DNA of 64,000 nt from Heptranchias perlo. Lineage: Eukaryota. Location of the stretch: assembly GCF_035084215.1 (NCBI RefSeq), contig NC_090366.1:3596001-3660000 (forward strand), in the 5' to 3' direction. The translations under genes were made by a program, and so were the position numbers. The notes under the pieces were generated by a model, which saw only the letters and a list, made by a program, of their open reading frames with translations, had not been told where the DNA came from and searched no databases. Position 1 is the first letter of the stretch. The number at the start of each line of letters is the position of its first letter. Positions 10,946 to 24,551 of this stretch are shown here, in pieces.

Positions 10946-13900
10946 AGTATGTCCTTGTATTTTTCCATGACTTTTCCCTCCAAATTTCCAATGATGCCCC
11001 TGTTCTGAAATTTTTTCTGCTTATTGAAATGTGTTTCCACTGGAGCCGCACACAGTTCACCATTTTAACTTGCAAACCTAAAAACCAGTATATACGGGTT
11101 TTTCGACAATAGCGGGCGCCCTGGCTGACCTTTAAGTTCCGAGCCCAGATTCGCTGGGCTTGGGACAGATTAATTGCTCAATTGTTTTATGGTTACCGTT
11201 GCAGTTGGAAAAACTACAATCGGATTTTGAATTGCAGTTTTTATAATTTATCTGATTCCTTCTGCGACCTGAGGTCTTGTTTGCTCCGTATTATCAGTGT
11301 GGAAGAAAAAGTCCACGAAACTCAACAGCGCGCCACATAGTGGCAGACCGACAGCATTACATAGGCTATTTGTCACTGCATCATCAGGCACATCTGAGTC
11401 CGACAGATGTAGAGGGACGTAACATGCAAATTTCAACTCCTGATTTACATCACTGTTCCCAACATAGACTGTCGAAATGTTTACAGAGTGTGCTAAACAA
11501 AAGAGATGTGGCCGGCGAATGTGTTCTTCCGGATGAAATGCACTTGCTACCTTTGTCCAACAGATGGCGCGCACTGTGATCTTGTCGCTTTCCTTCCATC
11601 CTGTTGACGGAAACAACAGCTCAAACTGCCATTTGGAGACCAAGCACAGGAATCTTCAGTTATCCAAGGTACATTTTAATCCAAACACATTGTAAAGCTT
11701 GTGACGTTCCTCGTGCAATGTTTGGTCTTTTAGCAACACAGTTTACGGTGTATTAGGTTGAATTAAAGTAAATGAGGGAGTATCATCAATGTGAATCTTG
11801 GCTATGTTACATGCAAATTATTTTCTTTGATGCTTGGAACATAGTTATGTTATGGAAATTAACATGTTTTAATATTTAATTGGAACATTATAATGTAGAC
11901 TATGACGGCAAAACAATTTGTGCTGGTTTGTTTCCCGAATTTCAGGATACCGTCGTCACCTCTCTCTCCGATATTCCTCTTCTTACCATTCAAAGAATCA
12001 TACGGCACAGGAGAACATTTGGCCCATCATCAAAGTGCCTGATCTTTGAAACGGTAATCCAATTCGTCCCATTTCCCCTATTCTTTCCCCATAGATCTGT
12101 TTATTTTTTTCCTTTTCAAGTGCATATCCAATTACGTTTGGAAAGTTACTATTAAATTTCTTTCCATCAACAATTGAGGAAGGGCATTCCAGATCATAAC
12201 ATTTCGCCTTCCATTCGCTGCAACTTTTTGCGAATTTACTTTTCTGCACTATTAGTGTCGTGATTGTGGCGACAAAATTGCATCATCCCACTATTGTTGG
12301 CTAGCACTTACAGCTGCCAAGGCCATGTTGTGTGGCGCCCCCTTGCTATCCACGTCCCCTCTCGACTTCACTCTCTTCCTCCAAAGGCATCATTTGGTTC
12401 TAGCCTTCAATTAGCTCTCTCTAATACTCTTAAACATCCTGTACTGCCATGGAATTCCGTTTCTCTTGCTACCAAGTCAGCAAGCGGCTTTGGATATTTT
12501 CTGCTTTAAAGCACTATATTAAAGCAAAATGTTCTTACCGGCTTGCAGTTCATCCGTTATATCTCACATTAGATATGGTTTATGGTCTAGCTATGGACAC
12601 GTGTAGATTTCCCATTGAATATTGCATTCAGGGCTGTGAATTGAACATGCTTAAGGCATGTAGATCTCACCTTGTATCTCGCAGTGGGTGGTCTGTATGG
12701 ACTAACCATGTTTACCTGTAGTTTCTGGCTATTGCGTCGCAGGTACATATTGATTAATGATTGGTTCTGAGGACAAGTAGATCATTCAATGTAGCTCACA
12801 TTATGGGTGGTGAATGAGTATCCCTTAGGGCATGAAGGTTTCTCCATTATATCTCGAACTGTGAGCTGTGGATGCATTGCTCCTTGGTGGCTCGCTGATA
12901 TTCTCAATATTCCATGCTCCAAAATCTAGCAGTTTAGTTGTGCTAGTTTGCAACACAGTAAACACACATTTTAACAGATGTTCTAAATACTACTGACCTG
13001 ATAGGCACTAATGAAAAGTGAGGTGATGTTTCATCACTAATAAAGTGTCAGAAATAACCAATGACCCAGTATTATAACACATTATAATCTAGTTCATCCT
13101 TTACACTCGCTTCTCCTGAAATAGAGACACAAAGATAACCGAAGGTTGACCGAAGATTCCTCTGGTGGCTGTATTTCAGTGACAGTGCAAACATAATGGG
13201 AGGATTTATCTCCATTTTAATCATAACACTTGGGAAACGTTTACAATTATGTGGAGACAGCGAACAAGGGAAATAATCACAAAAATCATGATCAATGTCA
13301 CTCACGCAGAGGGACAAAATGGAAACCTCCAACCGTATTTACACTGTCACTAACACAGAGAGTTAAAAGGGAGGGACGAACCCAGTTGCTATACAAACTA
13401 ACAAGAGCGTATTTCTTCTGATGACTAATGTACTTTACCGGGGAAAGGTAGATGCTTATTTTGACTTTAAGTAAACTAAAATGTTCCACGTTCGTTGGAT
13501 AATAAAAGCAATAACAAATGACCAGTTACCTCATGATCATTTTCTAACCATGGCCCCACCATCTTTAAGCAAGTATTCATGTTGAGTACAATTTTATAAA
13601 GTGTGGAATCCAATACATGCTTCAATAATTCATGGGACTCCATGCTCCGCCCTTTGCAATCAGTTCGCTTCCATTGCAAACCGCTTCTGAATGAAGCTAT
13701 ATGTTTATAAATGACTGGATATCGTCGTGAATGAAACTGATGAAAATTGACACTGAGCTGAACTTTTATTACACTGGATGGGAGAGGCTGCCAAACTAAC
13801 ACAGCCGCCTTTGAAGACGTTTAACGCGGTGCAGGGCCATATAACAGGGTGAGAGAGGGAAGTCTTCAATGGAAACAATGTTAAAATTACTTCGGAAATT

Positions 13901-14484
13901 AGTTCTTTTTATTAAAGTAAAAATAAAATTATTAAAAAGTAAAATTGACCATTAACGTCCGCCTCACCGCATTTCAGATTGATGGTGAAAATGAAAACAC
14001 GTGTGGGGTTATAAATCATATGTTCCAACAAAGAGAATTGAAAATGTCAGCAATTAATCTCGGGAAGATGTCCATTTTCACAGCCCTTCCTGAGTGTGAA
14101 GTTCCTGTTCTATCTCATGAAACCAGTTGTGTTGAGTTATTGATGAGTTCTATCCATCCAAATGCAATAAATCCCGTTCGATTTTCATTAAATTTATTTG
14201 CGGTGTATTCACTGGATTCCTCAGTCTGGGGATATCTTTCAAGCTTGTGAAAGTTTCAAACATTGGCCACTGCATACAAAACCTCTTCACACCAATGATT
14301 GTATACAGGCCAATGATTGAATACAGGCCTTGGCTCTATAACATAAAGTACTACCTTAGACATGGAGTCATTGTACCGGGTGAAACTGCGCGTTCAATGC
14401 CGGAATAATCCGCTTAATTCCACCTCTGGCACTAATCTATTGTTCCGACTGAGTTAGGGGAACATTTTGAGCTATGGAACATGC

Positions 14485-14770
14485 ACACGTACGAAAAGAC
14501 GGGAAGGAAAAGACCGACTGGTCCATCGAGCATCACCCAAACTGTCATGACCCAACAATGCATCAGGACACCAGCCTTCCCTCCCTCCACCACGAACTGT
14601 CCACGACGAGGCAAAAAATGGATAAAAAGCATTCGGCCACTTCATCCAAAAAAAAGTTAAACTCCTCTCTGATCACTAAAAGGACTTCCAGGAGATAACA
14701 GTGCCGATAAGGTACATTAACCAACATCCCACCTGTGGTTTGTATGCCAAGAGGGAACACATCCAGTTGC
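14485..14770 (-). mobile_element. Old CR1-like 3'UTR fragment
   Basis: Similar to the split element at 38430-38570 / 45955 onward. Confidence 0.5.
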
Positions 14771-15979
14771 TTTATGAACTATTGCAGATTCCTCTCCAAC
14801 TTCACCAAGACAATGACTGCAATCAGAATGATAACTGCGGCGGCTGTTCTTATTCGCATGGCTATTATAAATGAAAATGTACCTAACATATTCAAAAGAA
14901 TAAGTTTGGAGCTCATTATTCCTCTGAGATTACAACACGGTATGAGCATTTATCAGCATATATGGGAACGTGTAAACATTACAGCCCAGCGTTACACTTA
15001 TTCACTAAACAATGGAGGGAGTTCCTAATAATGCATGTATTTCTATTCAAGTCAAAACTTAACACACACCTCGGTACTATTCAATGTACCAGCAGCCCAC
15101 TGTAGCCAGTGACGTAGGCGAGGAGTATCACGATATCTTTCCATTCTTGGCTTAAGTTAAATGGCACTGAGAAGATGGAATATAATCGACAAAAGGAACA
15201 AGCGAAAAAAAAATACCTAAAATAGAAAGATTGACATGAGATCTGGAAGCATGTTCATTTATAATATTCCGGGCATTGGTTTTGTTCAGTCCGAATTAAT
15301 AGTCACCTTCATCGCTCTCCCGGATGTATTTTATCCGTAAGAAATATTGTTTTTTTATAAAGTCGCTGGTGAACTCAGCTCGCCCTCTATAGTTCAAGTG
15401 TATATTGTCTCGGCCTCTTGAATTATAGATAATAAAGACCCCTCGGGTTCCAGGATCAGAACCCCTCTTTAACCACATACCCCGTGGGTTGCGGCCATCG
15501 ACGGGATAATCAAATTTCCACGGGATCTCTGCACATAAACCGCTCACTGGCGTCACAAAGCATGGCATCGCCACAGACTATGGTGAACTCTGGACAACTG
15601 ATGATAAATAGAAATTAAACACCCACTGACATCACCAATAATGTCCCAATTCAAACATTCCCGAACAGTCCAGCTAAATGCTTTTAAATTACTCTTTAAT
15701 CACGCACTAATCTATTCATCCCTAACCATTAAAACTCGTGAAATCCCCACTGAAACTCTTTAAATTCGATTACAATTCTCATTGATACCCAATAAAACAC
15801 ACATTGTGTTCAATAAATCCTAATAAAATACAGAATAAAGTTTTGAATGTGACTTAAATAGCCACTTGGTGAATTTACAAATCACTAACTAACCATTTAA
15901 CATGTCTGTAATTACTTTGTTATTTTTCCACAAGATGGAAAACGTCTCCAGCAGAAATAATTATGACGAATATTTTAAT

Positions 15980-16445
15980 TCCAGGGATGAGGGGTTCAGT
16001 TAGGTGGATAGACTGGAGAAGCTGGGGTTTTCTCCTTCGAACAGAGAAGATTGCGAGGTGATTTGATAGAGGTATTCAAAATCATAAGCGGTCTAAACAG
16101 AGTAAATAGAGGGAAACTGTTCCCAGTGGCAGCAGGGTCAAGAACCATAGGTCATAGATTTTAGGTGATTGGCAAAAGAACGAAAGGCGACATGAAGAAA
16201 AACGCTTTTACACAGTGAGCGGTTAGGATCTGGAATGCACCGCCCGAGGGGGTGGTGGAGGCAGATTCAATCATGGCTTTCAAAAGGGAACTGGATAAGT
16301 ACTTGAAAGGAAAAAAAAATTACAGTGCTACGGCGAAACGGTGGGGAGTGGGACGAGTTGGATTGCTGCTTCATAGAGTCGGCACGGAGTTGATGGGCCG
16401 AATGGCCTCCTTCCGTGCTGTAACCTTTCTTTGATTCTATGATTT
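15980..16445 (+). mobile_element. CR1 LINE 3' fragment inserted next to the pseudogene leader donor site
   Basis: VVEADSIMAFKRELDKYLK motif, 3'UTR and gattctatgatt tail ending a few nt from the GT donor. Confidence 0.85.
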
Positions 16446-17544
16446 CACCTTCGCTAAATATTAGCAAGAGAGAAACGAACTTCATAATCTTCATCACTAT
16501 AGACGTCTCATGATGTAAACACAATAAAAAACAACTATCTCAATCAGATCTAAGACTAATCACGGGTCTGGATTCCGATCGCTGGGATTATATTCGATAT
16601 CGGTGATAATCGAAACAGAGTATTGGAAGTTCAGCTGTTGGGCACCAGCCAATCATTGTGAACTCACACAGCTGGAGAAACACCTTCACTTTTAGTGACC
16701 ATAACGGCCAGCACTCTCGAACAGTTCGAATATGAAAAGGGACATCTATGCGAGACCACAGTTACTCGACAGAAGGTCAATATAGCTCCAGAATCTCGAT
16801 CAGAGAATTCCCCATCCCCCTCATCAGCTCCACATTTACAGGACAGGAACTAACATTTAAGATTCGAATATCTGAAATAACCTGATACACAAACGTTTGC
16901 CTTTTATCTCCCACATGTTTAGCTACTTGGCTGCCAAGGCACTACAAACGAGACGGTGTGGTTAGTTCTGTAGCCGCTGTCTCCAGACATTTGGCTTTAA
17001 CACCTTCAGTGGTTCGGGGCACAACATGTATCTGAAATGTCAAAGGCACAAAATAGTTTGTTTTATTTCGAAGTGACCTCAGCTGTTTATTTTCACACTC
17101 CAGCGATGTGAAATCTGCTGAAAATAACTCATTTATAACCCGGTGGCTACAATGACCGGTCTGTGATTCAGAATTGGATCTGGGGCATGTGACTTGAGCT
17201 TTTAGATTCGAGTGTCAATGCTGGAGGAAACAATATGGATATTTTTGTCTACGTCTATTTGAGCTGATCAGTGCAAACAAATTCTGGATCCAATCGGAAA
17301 CTCAATCAAAACCCATCCACTTTAAGCGTTAGGCGCCATTAGCATTGGATTGAGAGACAGAATCATTTCAAACTAATTCTGCCAGCAGGAGCTAAAAGGC
17401 CCGTGTTATTACTGCCGTGGAGCTGAGGTCCAGAGTCAATTGCCATTTTATATTACAGATCACAGTGAAGTGACCGGATGAGCCTCGTCCAGTTTGCTCA
17501 AAACCCTTGTCATGTTTTTTTTTAATTTCATGGACCGGTAGATA

Positions 17545-18290
17545 ATGTGGTGGTTGTCACTGGACTAACAATCCAGAGAACGTGACTTCACAATCCCACC
17601 ATGGCAGCTTGAGAATATGAATTCAGTTTTGAAAAATGTGGGAATAGAAAAGTGCTTCCAAGTCAGAAGTTTGTAGGTTCAATCCCACTCCAGTGACTTG
17701 AGCACAAAATCTACGCTGAGACTCCAGTGCTGCACTGAGGCGTGCTGCACTGTCAGAGGCGCTGTCTTTCAGATCAGAAATTAAATCGAGGACCGGTCAG
17801 CTCTTTCTGGTGGACGTAAAATATCCCACGTCACTATTTCGAAGAAGAGCAGTGGGGTTCTCCCTGGTGTCCTGGCCAATATTTATCCCTCAATTAACAC
17901 CACTAAACAACACATTACCTGGTCACAATCACACTGCTGTTTGCGGTACATTGCTCTCCGCAAATTGGCTCCCGCGTTTCCTACCACAGTAACTACACTT
18001 CAAAAAAGTCCTTAATTGGATGTAAAGCGCTCTGGGTCGTGAAAGGCGCTATATAAATGCAAGTCTTTCTTTAAAATCTCAACTGGTTTCGCTCATGTCA
18101 TTTAGCCAAGGGAACATGCTGTCCTTAACCAGTCTCCGTCTATATGTGTCTCCTGTCCCACTTCAACGTGGTTGACACTTAACTGCCCTCTGAAGTGGCC
18201 GAGCAAGTCATTCAATCGTATCAAACTCAGGACTGCTCGGGATGAGAAATAAATTTCCCCGTTGTTTGCGACCTGACCTTCTCGATAATA
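17545..18290 (+). mobile_element. tRNA-derived SINE interrupted by a Deu-domain SINE (SacSINE1/AmnSINE-like, ~17650-18072)
   Basis: Inner element has a ggttcaatcccact B-box, the core gaagaagagcag..ctggtgtcctggccaatatttatccctca and the tail ggcgctatataaatgcaagtctttc; the outer halves flank it. Family names are from memory. Confidence 0.7.
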
Positions 18291-18864
18291 TATTTTTTTG
18301 AAATGCTAAGCCTGTATCCGGAGCAGAAAGGCTGACAGTAGAGATTCACCAAACCCACAGATCCACCCTTTATACTTCCTTCCTTTCTGCATGATGCCGG
18401 TGAAATCACAATCAACAAACTGATGGAAGTTTACACTCGGGTAATCGCTTGTTACAATAGGCTGGGAGAAGGTGCAAACAAACTCAGCACCGGATAGAGA
18501 CAGTGAACGCTGATCGACAGGGCTTTTTAATAAGTTAGCAAAGAGAGGTCTTAAATAAAAACAACGTTCGAATTAAGAAAATAGTTATTTTACTAGAGCA
18601 GATGAACAAGTTTCAATTCGGATTGACGATTGAAGCCCATTTCCCGCTGCTTTTCACAAGTGTGTTTGGAAAGGAAGCACGTGTTTGGATTGTAAATCAA
18701 ATGCTCTCACAAAGATATTAAAAATGTTCGCAATTAATGTCTGAAAGATGTCCATTCTCACAGCAATTGCTGGAATGTAAAGTTCCTGTTCTAGCTCATA
18801 AAACCAATTGTGTGAAGATTCTAATGAGCTCCCTCTCTCCGAATGGTGTAAATCCTGCTGCATT

Positions 18865-19032
18865 TCATTTAAATTTAATTGCGGCGTATTCACTGGACTC
18901 CGCATTCTGGAGATATTTTTCATGTTTGCGAACGTTTGATACTTTGACAGCTGCGTACAGTAAATTTTCTCTTCCTGCTGATTGTTTGGCGGCAGCCCCT
19001 CTAACATCACTGTTTGCATACTGGCCTTGGCT
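18865..19032 (-). CDS. Gene B terminal cytoplasmic exon with ITIM and ITIM-like motifs
   Basis: ttccag| phase 0 SQGQYANS...NLLYAAVKV...ESSEYAAIKFK*. Confidence 0.88.
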   Translation of the reverse strand, partial: SQGQYANSDVRGAAAKQSAGRENLLYAAVKVSNVRKHEKYLQNAESSEYAAIKFK

Positions 19033-19516
19033 CTGGAACAGAAAGTAGGAATTAGATATGGAATTACTGCTAGGTGGGAGTGCGCTTCCTGTACCAGAAT
19101 AACTCGCGTTATTCCCTACCTGGTATATTCTAATGTCCCTGTTCATTGAGTAAAGCATTTTAAGCTCAAATACAATAAGTAACGTGTGTTTGCTTAGCAC
19201 CTCATTACAGCATATTGTAACCAACGGATTACATTTAAAGTACATCAGCTAATTTGCCCACAATAAAAGGAAATGAGTGAAATGACCTGGCGATCAATTT
19301 TGGTGACGTTTCGACCAATTTTAACCATTACATGCTGAGAAATCCCGACTCTTCTTCCAATATTGCATTGAAATTTCTAACATCCAACTGAACTACTGGA
19401 ACAGGCAGCCGAGGCTCTGGATTAAGCAGTCATCTGAAAGACGGCACCTTCCTTAATGCAGCACTTGCCCTGTACTACATCTCAGTCAAACTCTGGATGC
19501 AAGGTTCAAAATGTGA

Positions 19517-19860
19517 CATAGAAACACAGAAAATAGGAGCAGGAGTCGGCAATTCCGCCCTTCGAACTTGCTCCGCTATTCAATATGATCATGGCTGATC
19601 CTTTATCTCAATACCATATTCCCGCTCTCTCCCCATACCCCATGTTGCCTTTTGTATCTAGAAATCTATCCAGCCCCTTCTTAAATATATTCAGTGACTT
19701 GGCCTCCACAGCCTTCTGTGGTAGAGAATTCCACAGGTTCACCACCCTCTGCGGGAAGAAATTTATCTTCATCTCAGTCCTAAATGTCCTAACCCGTATC
19801 CTGAGACAGTGACCCCTCGTTCTGGACCTCCCAGCAAGGCGAAACATCCTCCTTCCATCC
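19517..19860 (-). mobile_element. CR1 LINE 3' fragment
   Basis: RTRGH..NFFPQRVVNLWNSLPQKAVEA motif plus 3'UTR; a related fragment lies at ~20680-20905. Confidence 0.85.
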
Positions 19861-19942
19861 ACGTTTGGTGAAGTAGATTTTGAACCGACAACACTGTGAA
19901 ACGGAACGTGGGCGCGACCAACGCAGCCAAACCAGTATTAAT

Positions 19943-20573
19943 GCCCTGATTCTAACTCCGTGCGCATGGCGGATACGAGGTAGGGCACTTAAAATGGAGC
20001 GGGCTACTTATCTAACCCTTTCCCGCTCAGATCTGACCGCCTGCAATTTTAAATTGCAGGTGTCAAGGTCATCCACCGCAAGACATCGGGGCATTCTTTA
20101 AATGTGCAGATCGGGCTCCATATGCGGCATTGGAGCCCAATGTGTCATTTTAGCCCGAAACCTCAGCGGGGGAGACGTGTCGGGAGCTGAATCGTGGCCA
20201 GAACAGCCCCAGTAAGTTTTTATTTCTTATATCGGTTTCCTTGTGGGACAGTAGGGGCAGGAGTAGTGCGTCTGGCGCCACAACCCAACCTTATGGCTGC
20301 CTTGTCGCGGGCTCCTCACCCCCTGCCCAGATCGACTTCGCTCCCACTTCGCACCCTTACCTGACTGTTGGGGCCTATTCCGGTAGTCGCAAGCAGCGGC
20401 CTTCTACTGCACAAAAAAATGGGCCCGCCCGCCGGCCAGGCCATAATTTATATGGGGGCGCTGATATTTAAATGAGGCCCGGGCGTAAAATCTCTCAGGC
20501 TTTCGGCAGGCGAGCATGTTGCACACACAGGCCCCTCGCACAGACCGATCCCACCCCAGAATAAAATCGGGGC
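19943..20573. mobile_element. Possible MITE / non-autonomous DNA transposon
   Basis: GC-rich island with imperfect terminal inverted repeats gccctgattcta / taaaatcggggc and internal palindrome cctgcaattttaaattgcagg; no clear TSD. Confidence 0.45.
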
Positions 20574-21270
20574 GTAAAAACCAGGGAGGATAATGCAGAT
20601 AATCCCAGAGAACTGAAATGCGGTTTGTCGCTTCTCAGGCCCCCCACACCGTGGGATCTTGCTGAGAATTTAAACCAACGGACATAAGAAATAGAAGCAG
20701 GAGGAGGCCATACGGCCCCTCGAACCTGCTCCGCCATTCAATAAGATCATGGCTGATCTACGACCTCAACTCCACTTCCCCTCCCTATCCTCATATCCCT
20801 CGATTCCCCTAGAGAACAAAGATCTATCCATCTCAGCCTTGAATATACACAACCAATGAGCATCCACAGCCCTCTGGGGTTGAGAATTCCAAAGATTCAC
20901 TGCCCGCTCCTGCACCCCCGCCCCCACCCCGCCCCCCTCAGTGCCATAATGTCATGAGGGAGGGGAGTGCAACATTTTTCCCTTAAGTGATATGAGAAGA
21001 CGATGTCCTTCAACTGACTTTGAATTCAATAAAATCCCCAATTGACAAAATGTCCATGACCGATTTATCAGGTCATGACCAGCGCGTCAGTTCTTGTTAG
21101 TAGGCTGAGGTGGCCATTCCACCCTTTTAAAATTCCATCAAACAAGTTTCTAAAGCACCCGTTAAACCGTTGCATTGTGTGTTGAATGTCATTCCCAATG
21201 GTTACAAACAGAGCAAATATCAGGCAGGTAACTCCAGCGAATGCTGGACAATTTCCATATCCTCATTTAC

Positions 21271-21358
21271 TTCATTGTTAAACGGATGCTGCACCGCAGC
21301 GGAAATCACTGAATCGCTGTTTGTTGGTGGGACACTAACGGTGTCTCTTGCCTTCTTC
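21271..21358 (-). CDS. Gene B membrane-proximal cytoplasmic exon
   Basis: gaatcag|G..GAA|gtaaat, 88 nt, phase 2 to 0, exactly bridging the TM and terminal exons; RKKARDTVSVPPTNSDSVISAAVQHPFNNE. Confidence 0.75.
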
Positions 21359-22559
21359 CTGATTCAAAACAATACAAATAATGAAAATCTCATAACTGCT
21401 TACATTTAAGGTTAATAAATCTTCTCGTGCCCTATGTTGAACTACGACATCAAGGATTTGTGAAAATAACGTTTCCTTATTCGCACGGACATGATTTCCT
21501 TCCAGTTTCCATTCTATCCTTAAGCTTCCATATTTCTGAATGAGGATTTGTCTCTCTCCCATGAAGCTGGATAATAAATTGGTGCAGACTGCACTTGGAG
21601 AAAAGATCAGGCTGTGCAGTATTTTATCAAGCTTGCAGATAGATTGCGAACAACTGTTCAAATAACGGTCAGAGGAATTCCTCACGCTAAGATATCACTT
21701 TGTTTAAATAGTAAATAAAGAATGTTTATCAAGTGTGCTCCCACTTTATTAAATATCGGGGTTTTATTGTTTATTAACACCTTGTTTGAATTGCAGACAT
21801 GAGTTTCACAAAATAGTAAGTAGGAAGAAGCAGAGAAGTGGTTAAAGAGACAGGATTTGCAGACATTGGCTTAAAATATTGCCTAAAAAGCAGTCGGAAG
21901 AGTTTCCTGCAATATCTTATCACATTTTTAAAATTGCAGCCGGGACGTCTTTTAGTGTGTTAACACATTCGTTGCTGATATTGTACAGCTGAATTCCAAT
22001 CCATTAGAGTTTTGAAATGAGGAAGAAATAAATTTTCTTCTGATTCAGTTTGAAAACCTGGGTTCGAATTGCTGATATTTCTTTTATTTGTTGTTAAGTT
22101 TTAGCTAGTTTGAGATTTTCTGAGTTTTTTTATGGTAAATTGGAGGCAACAACCACCTTCGCTCAGACGAGAATGTTGGAAATCATTGAAATCCCGTTGT
22201 TGGCCAGTCTGTGGTTCTAATCAGGCATGGGTCTGAGGGAAAAGCCAGATATTTCTTTTCAACCACAAACATCTTGTGTGATTTATTAACATATCTTTGA
22301 AGAAGCTGCTTTTTGTTTTGAATTGCCAAGTTATTTAAATTTAATTGGTCTCAGTTGCTTTATTGAAAGTATTTAACAGCCAATCTTTCAACAATTCTGA
22401 CAGTCGTCTTGGAAGGAAATTAGTGAAACTAAATAGGTTCATCAGGAAAAGAGACACAGGAAAATAACTCATTTCTCCTGTAATGTTTCCTCTATTACAT
22501 TAGTAATAACTACCATCATACCATTATTGGACAGATTAATACTTGTATAAATCCCTCCA

Positions 22560-22900
22560 TGGTTTCCCCCCACCCGGCCTCTGTAACAGCCTCTAGCCCA
22601 ACAACAAACCCCGGCTTCGAACTCTCTGATATTCTGACTCTTGCCTCTTGTTTCCCTCTTCCCGACACCCACAATTGGCGGACGTGCCTTCAGCTAGTGA
22701 GCCCACAGAGTCTGGAATTACTTGCTCAGAGCCCTTCACAACTCCATCTCACTGTTCTCCAAGGGCCCTCCTTAAAACCCACCTCCTTGACCAAGATTTT
22801 AATCACCGCTCATAATATCAGCTTCTTTGAATCCGTGTCCGATTATTTTTTCATTGTGCCTTTTTTAAATTCCTTGGGACGGGTCAGTACAAGGTGCTGT
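22560..22900 (+). mobile_element. Degenerate L2-type LINE 3' end
   Basis: ggcggacgtgccttcagc..tctggaa..ccttaaaacccacctccttgaccaag resembles L2 ORF2 termini. Confidence 0.55.
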
Positions 22901-22949
22901 CGAAATTTAACTTTTTTTTGGCACTTGAGTCCAAAATTTAGAAGAATGG

Positions 22950-23340
22950 CCTTGCAATTATATATTGCCTTTATCTGAAGGTCTCTCTCCAAAGCACTTC
23001 ACAGTCAAATAATTAATTTTGCAAACTGTTGTTTCGTAGACAAACACGGCAGCTATTTTGCGCATAGCAAGATCCCACACGAGTCAAGTGAACAGTTAAT
23101 CTACTTTTCTGGGTTGACTGGCTGGATATATTTTTGCCATGAAACGGGGGAAGCTCCCTTCTCTTTCGCCAATATTATCAAGGGATATTTCACATCCGCT
23201 TGAGCATGCAGACGATGCTTAGGTTTAATGACTGAGATGTAAGACGGCACCTCCCACAATGCCGCACTACACTACAGTGGTGTGTCCGGCTCGAGGCGGT
23301 GCTCATGCTTTACTTTGAGGCTGGAACCACAAGCTTCAAA
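22950..23340 (-). mobile_element. Degenerate Deu-type SINE
   Basis: Reverse-complement similarity to 17650-18072; other fragments at ~19270-19510 (-), ~48670-48890 (-) and ~52390-52610 (+). Confidence 0.55.
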
Positions 23341-23489
23341 CTTAGAAGCGAAGGAGACTAAGCCAAGGTCTAGAGTAGGATTATTCTGGTCTGTTATTCC
23401 AGCGGGGAGAAGTGATAGACAACTCTTAGCTGAGTTTCAGGGTCAAAGCTTTCAAGGGTTAATTATTTGAAGAAATAGCATCATAATAA

Positions 23490-24370
23490 CACAGTATAGT
23501 ACAGCACAGAAGGAGGCCATTCGGCCCCTCGCGCCTGTTCCGGTTATTTGAAAGAGCTATCCAATTCGTCCCACTCCCCTGCTCTTTTCCCATAGATATG
23601 ATTTGTTTCCCCTTCAAGTATTTATCCAAGTCCTTTTTGAAAGTTATTATTGAATCTGCTTCTACCGCTCTTTCATCAAGTGCATTCCAGATCATAACAA
23701 CTCGTTGCTTCAAAAAGTGTTTGCTTATGTCGCCTCTAGTTCTTTGCGAATCACCTTAAATTTGTGTCCTCTTGTTACCGACTTTTCTGCCACTGGAAAC
23801 AGTTTCCCCTCATTTATTCTATCAAAACCGTTCATAATTTTGAACACGTCTATCAAATCTCCTCTTAAAGTTCTCTGCTCTATGAGTACCAATCCATCTT
23901 CTCTAGTCTGTCCACATAACTTAATCCCTCATCCCTGGTACCATTCTAGTAAACCTCCTCTGCACCCTCTCTAAGACGTTTACAGCCTTCCTAAAGTGAG
24001 CTGCCCAGAATTGGACACAATACTCCAGCTGGGGCCGAACCAGTTGTTCATAAATGTTTAGCACGACTTCCTTGCTTTTGCAATCAATGCCTCTATTTAT
24101 AAAATACAGGATCCCAAATGCTTTTTAACGATCTTGTCGACTTTTCCTGCCACCTTCAAAGATTTGTATACCTGCACCCTCAGGCCTCTCTTTTCCTGCA
24201 CTCCCTTCAAAATTGTACCATTTACTTGATATTTCCTCTCCTCATTCTTCCTACCAAAATGAGTCACTTCACAAGTCTCTGCGTTCAATTTCATCTGACA
24301 TGTGTCTGCCCAGTTCACAAGTCTGTCCGTGTCCTCCTGATATCTGTTACTATCCTCCACACTGGTCACT
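23490..24370 (-). mobile_element. CR1 LINE 3' ~0.9 kb, degenerate
   Basis: LVNWADTCQMKLN..CEVTHFGRKN and QRVVMIWNAL..AVEADSIITFKKDLDKYLK. Confidence 0.85.
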
Positions 24371-24466
24371 ACAATAGTTACTCAGAGGCAGAAATCCTGA
24401 TGTCATGGACCCCTTTCAGATCTGTGATTAACACAAGAGTTCATGTAAACTATGCACCACACATAC

Positions 24467-24551
24467 CTCCGTACCATCACCGCGATCAGAAACAGGATGA
24501 TCAAAGTAGCCGCTGCTGCAACTGGGATGACAATTTTCCAGGGAAAAGTTC
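24467..24551 (-). CDS. Gene B transmembrane exon (uncharged core)
   Basis: tttcag|GA..AG|gtatgt, 85 nt; GTFPWKIVIPVAAAATLIILFLIAVMVRR. Confidence 0.85.

Larger units (their letters stand above)
14186..16494 (-). pseudogene. Siglec-like pseudogene: leader 16494-16449, V-set 15597-15217, TM from 14882, terminal exon from 14335; no C2 exons
   Basis: V exon has TAG at the first Trp and TAA in DY*FG (Arg to Gly), and two Cys lost (IPWKF, KQYF). TM relic GTFSFIIAMRIRTAAAVIILIAVIVLVK lies only ~330 bp after the V donor. Terminal exon is frameshifted. Confidence 0.88.
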
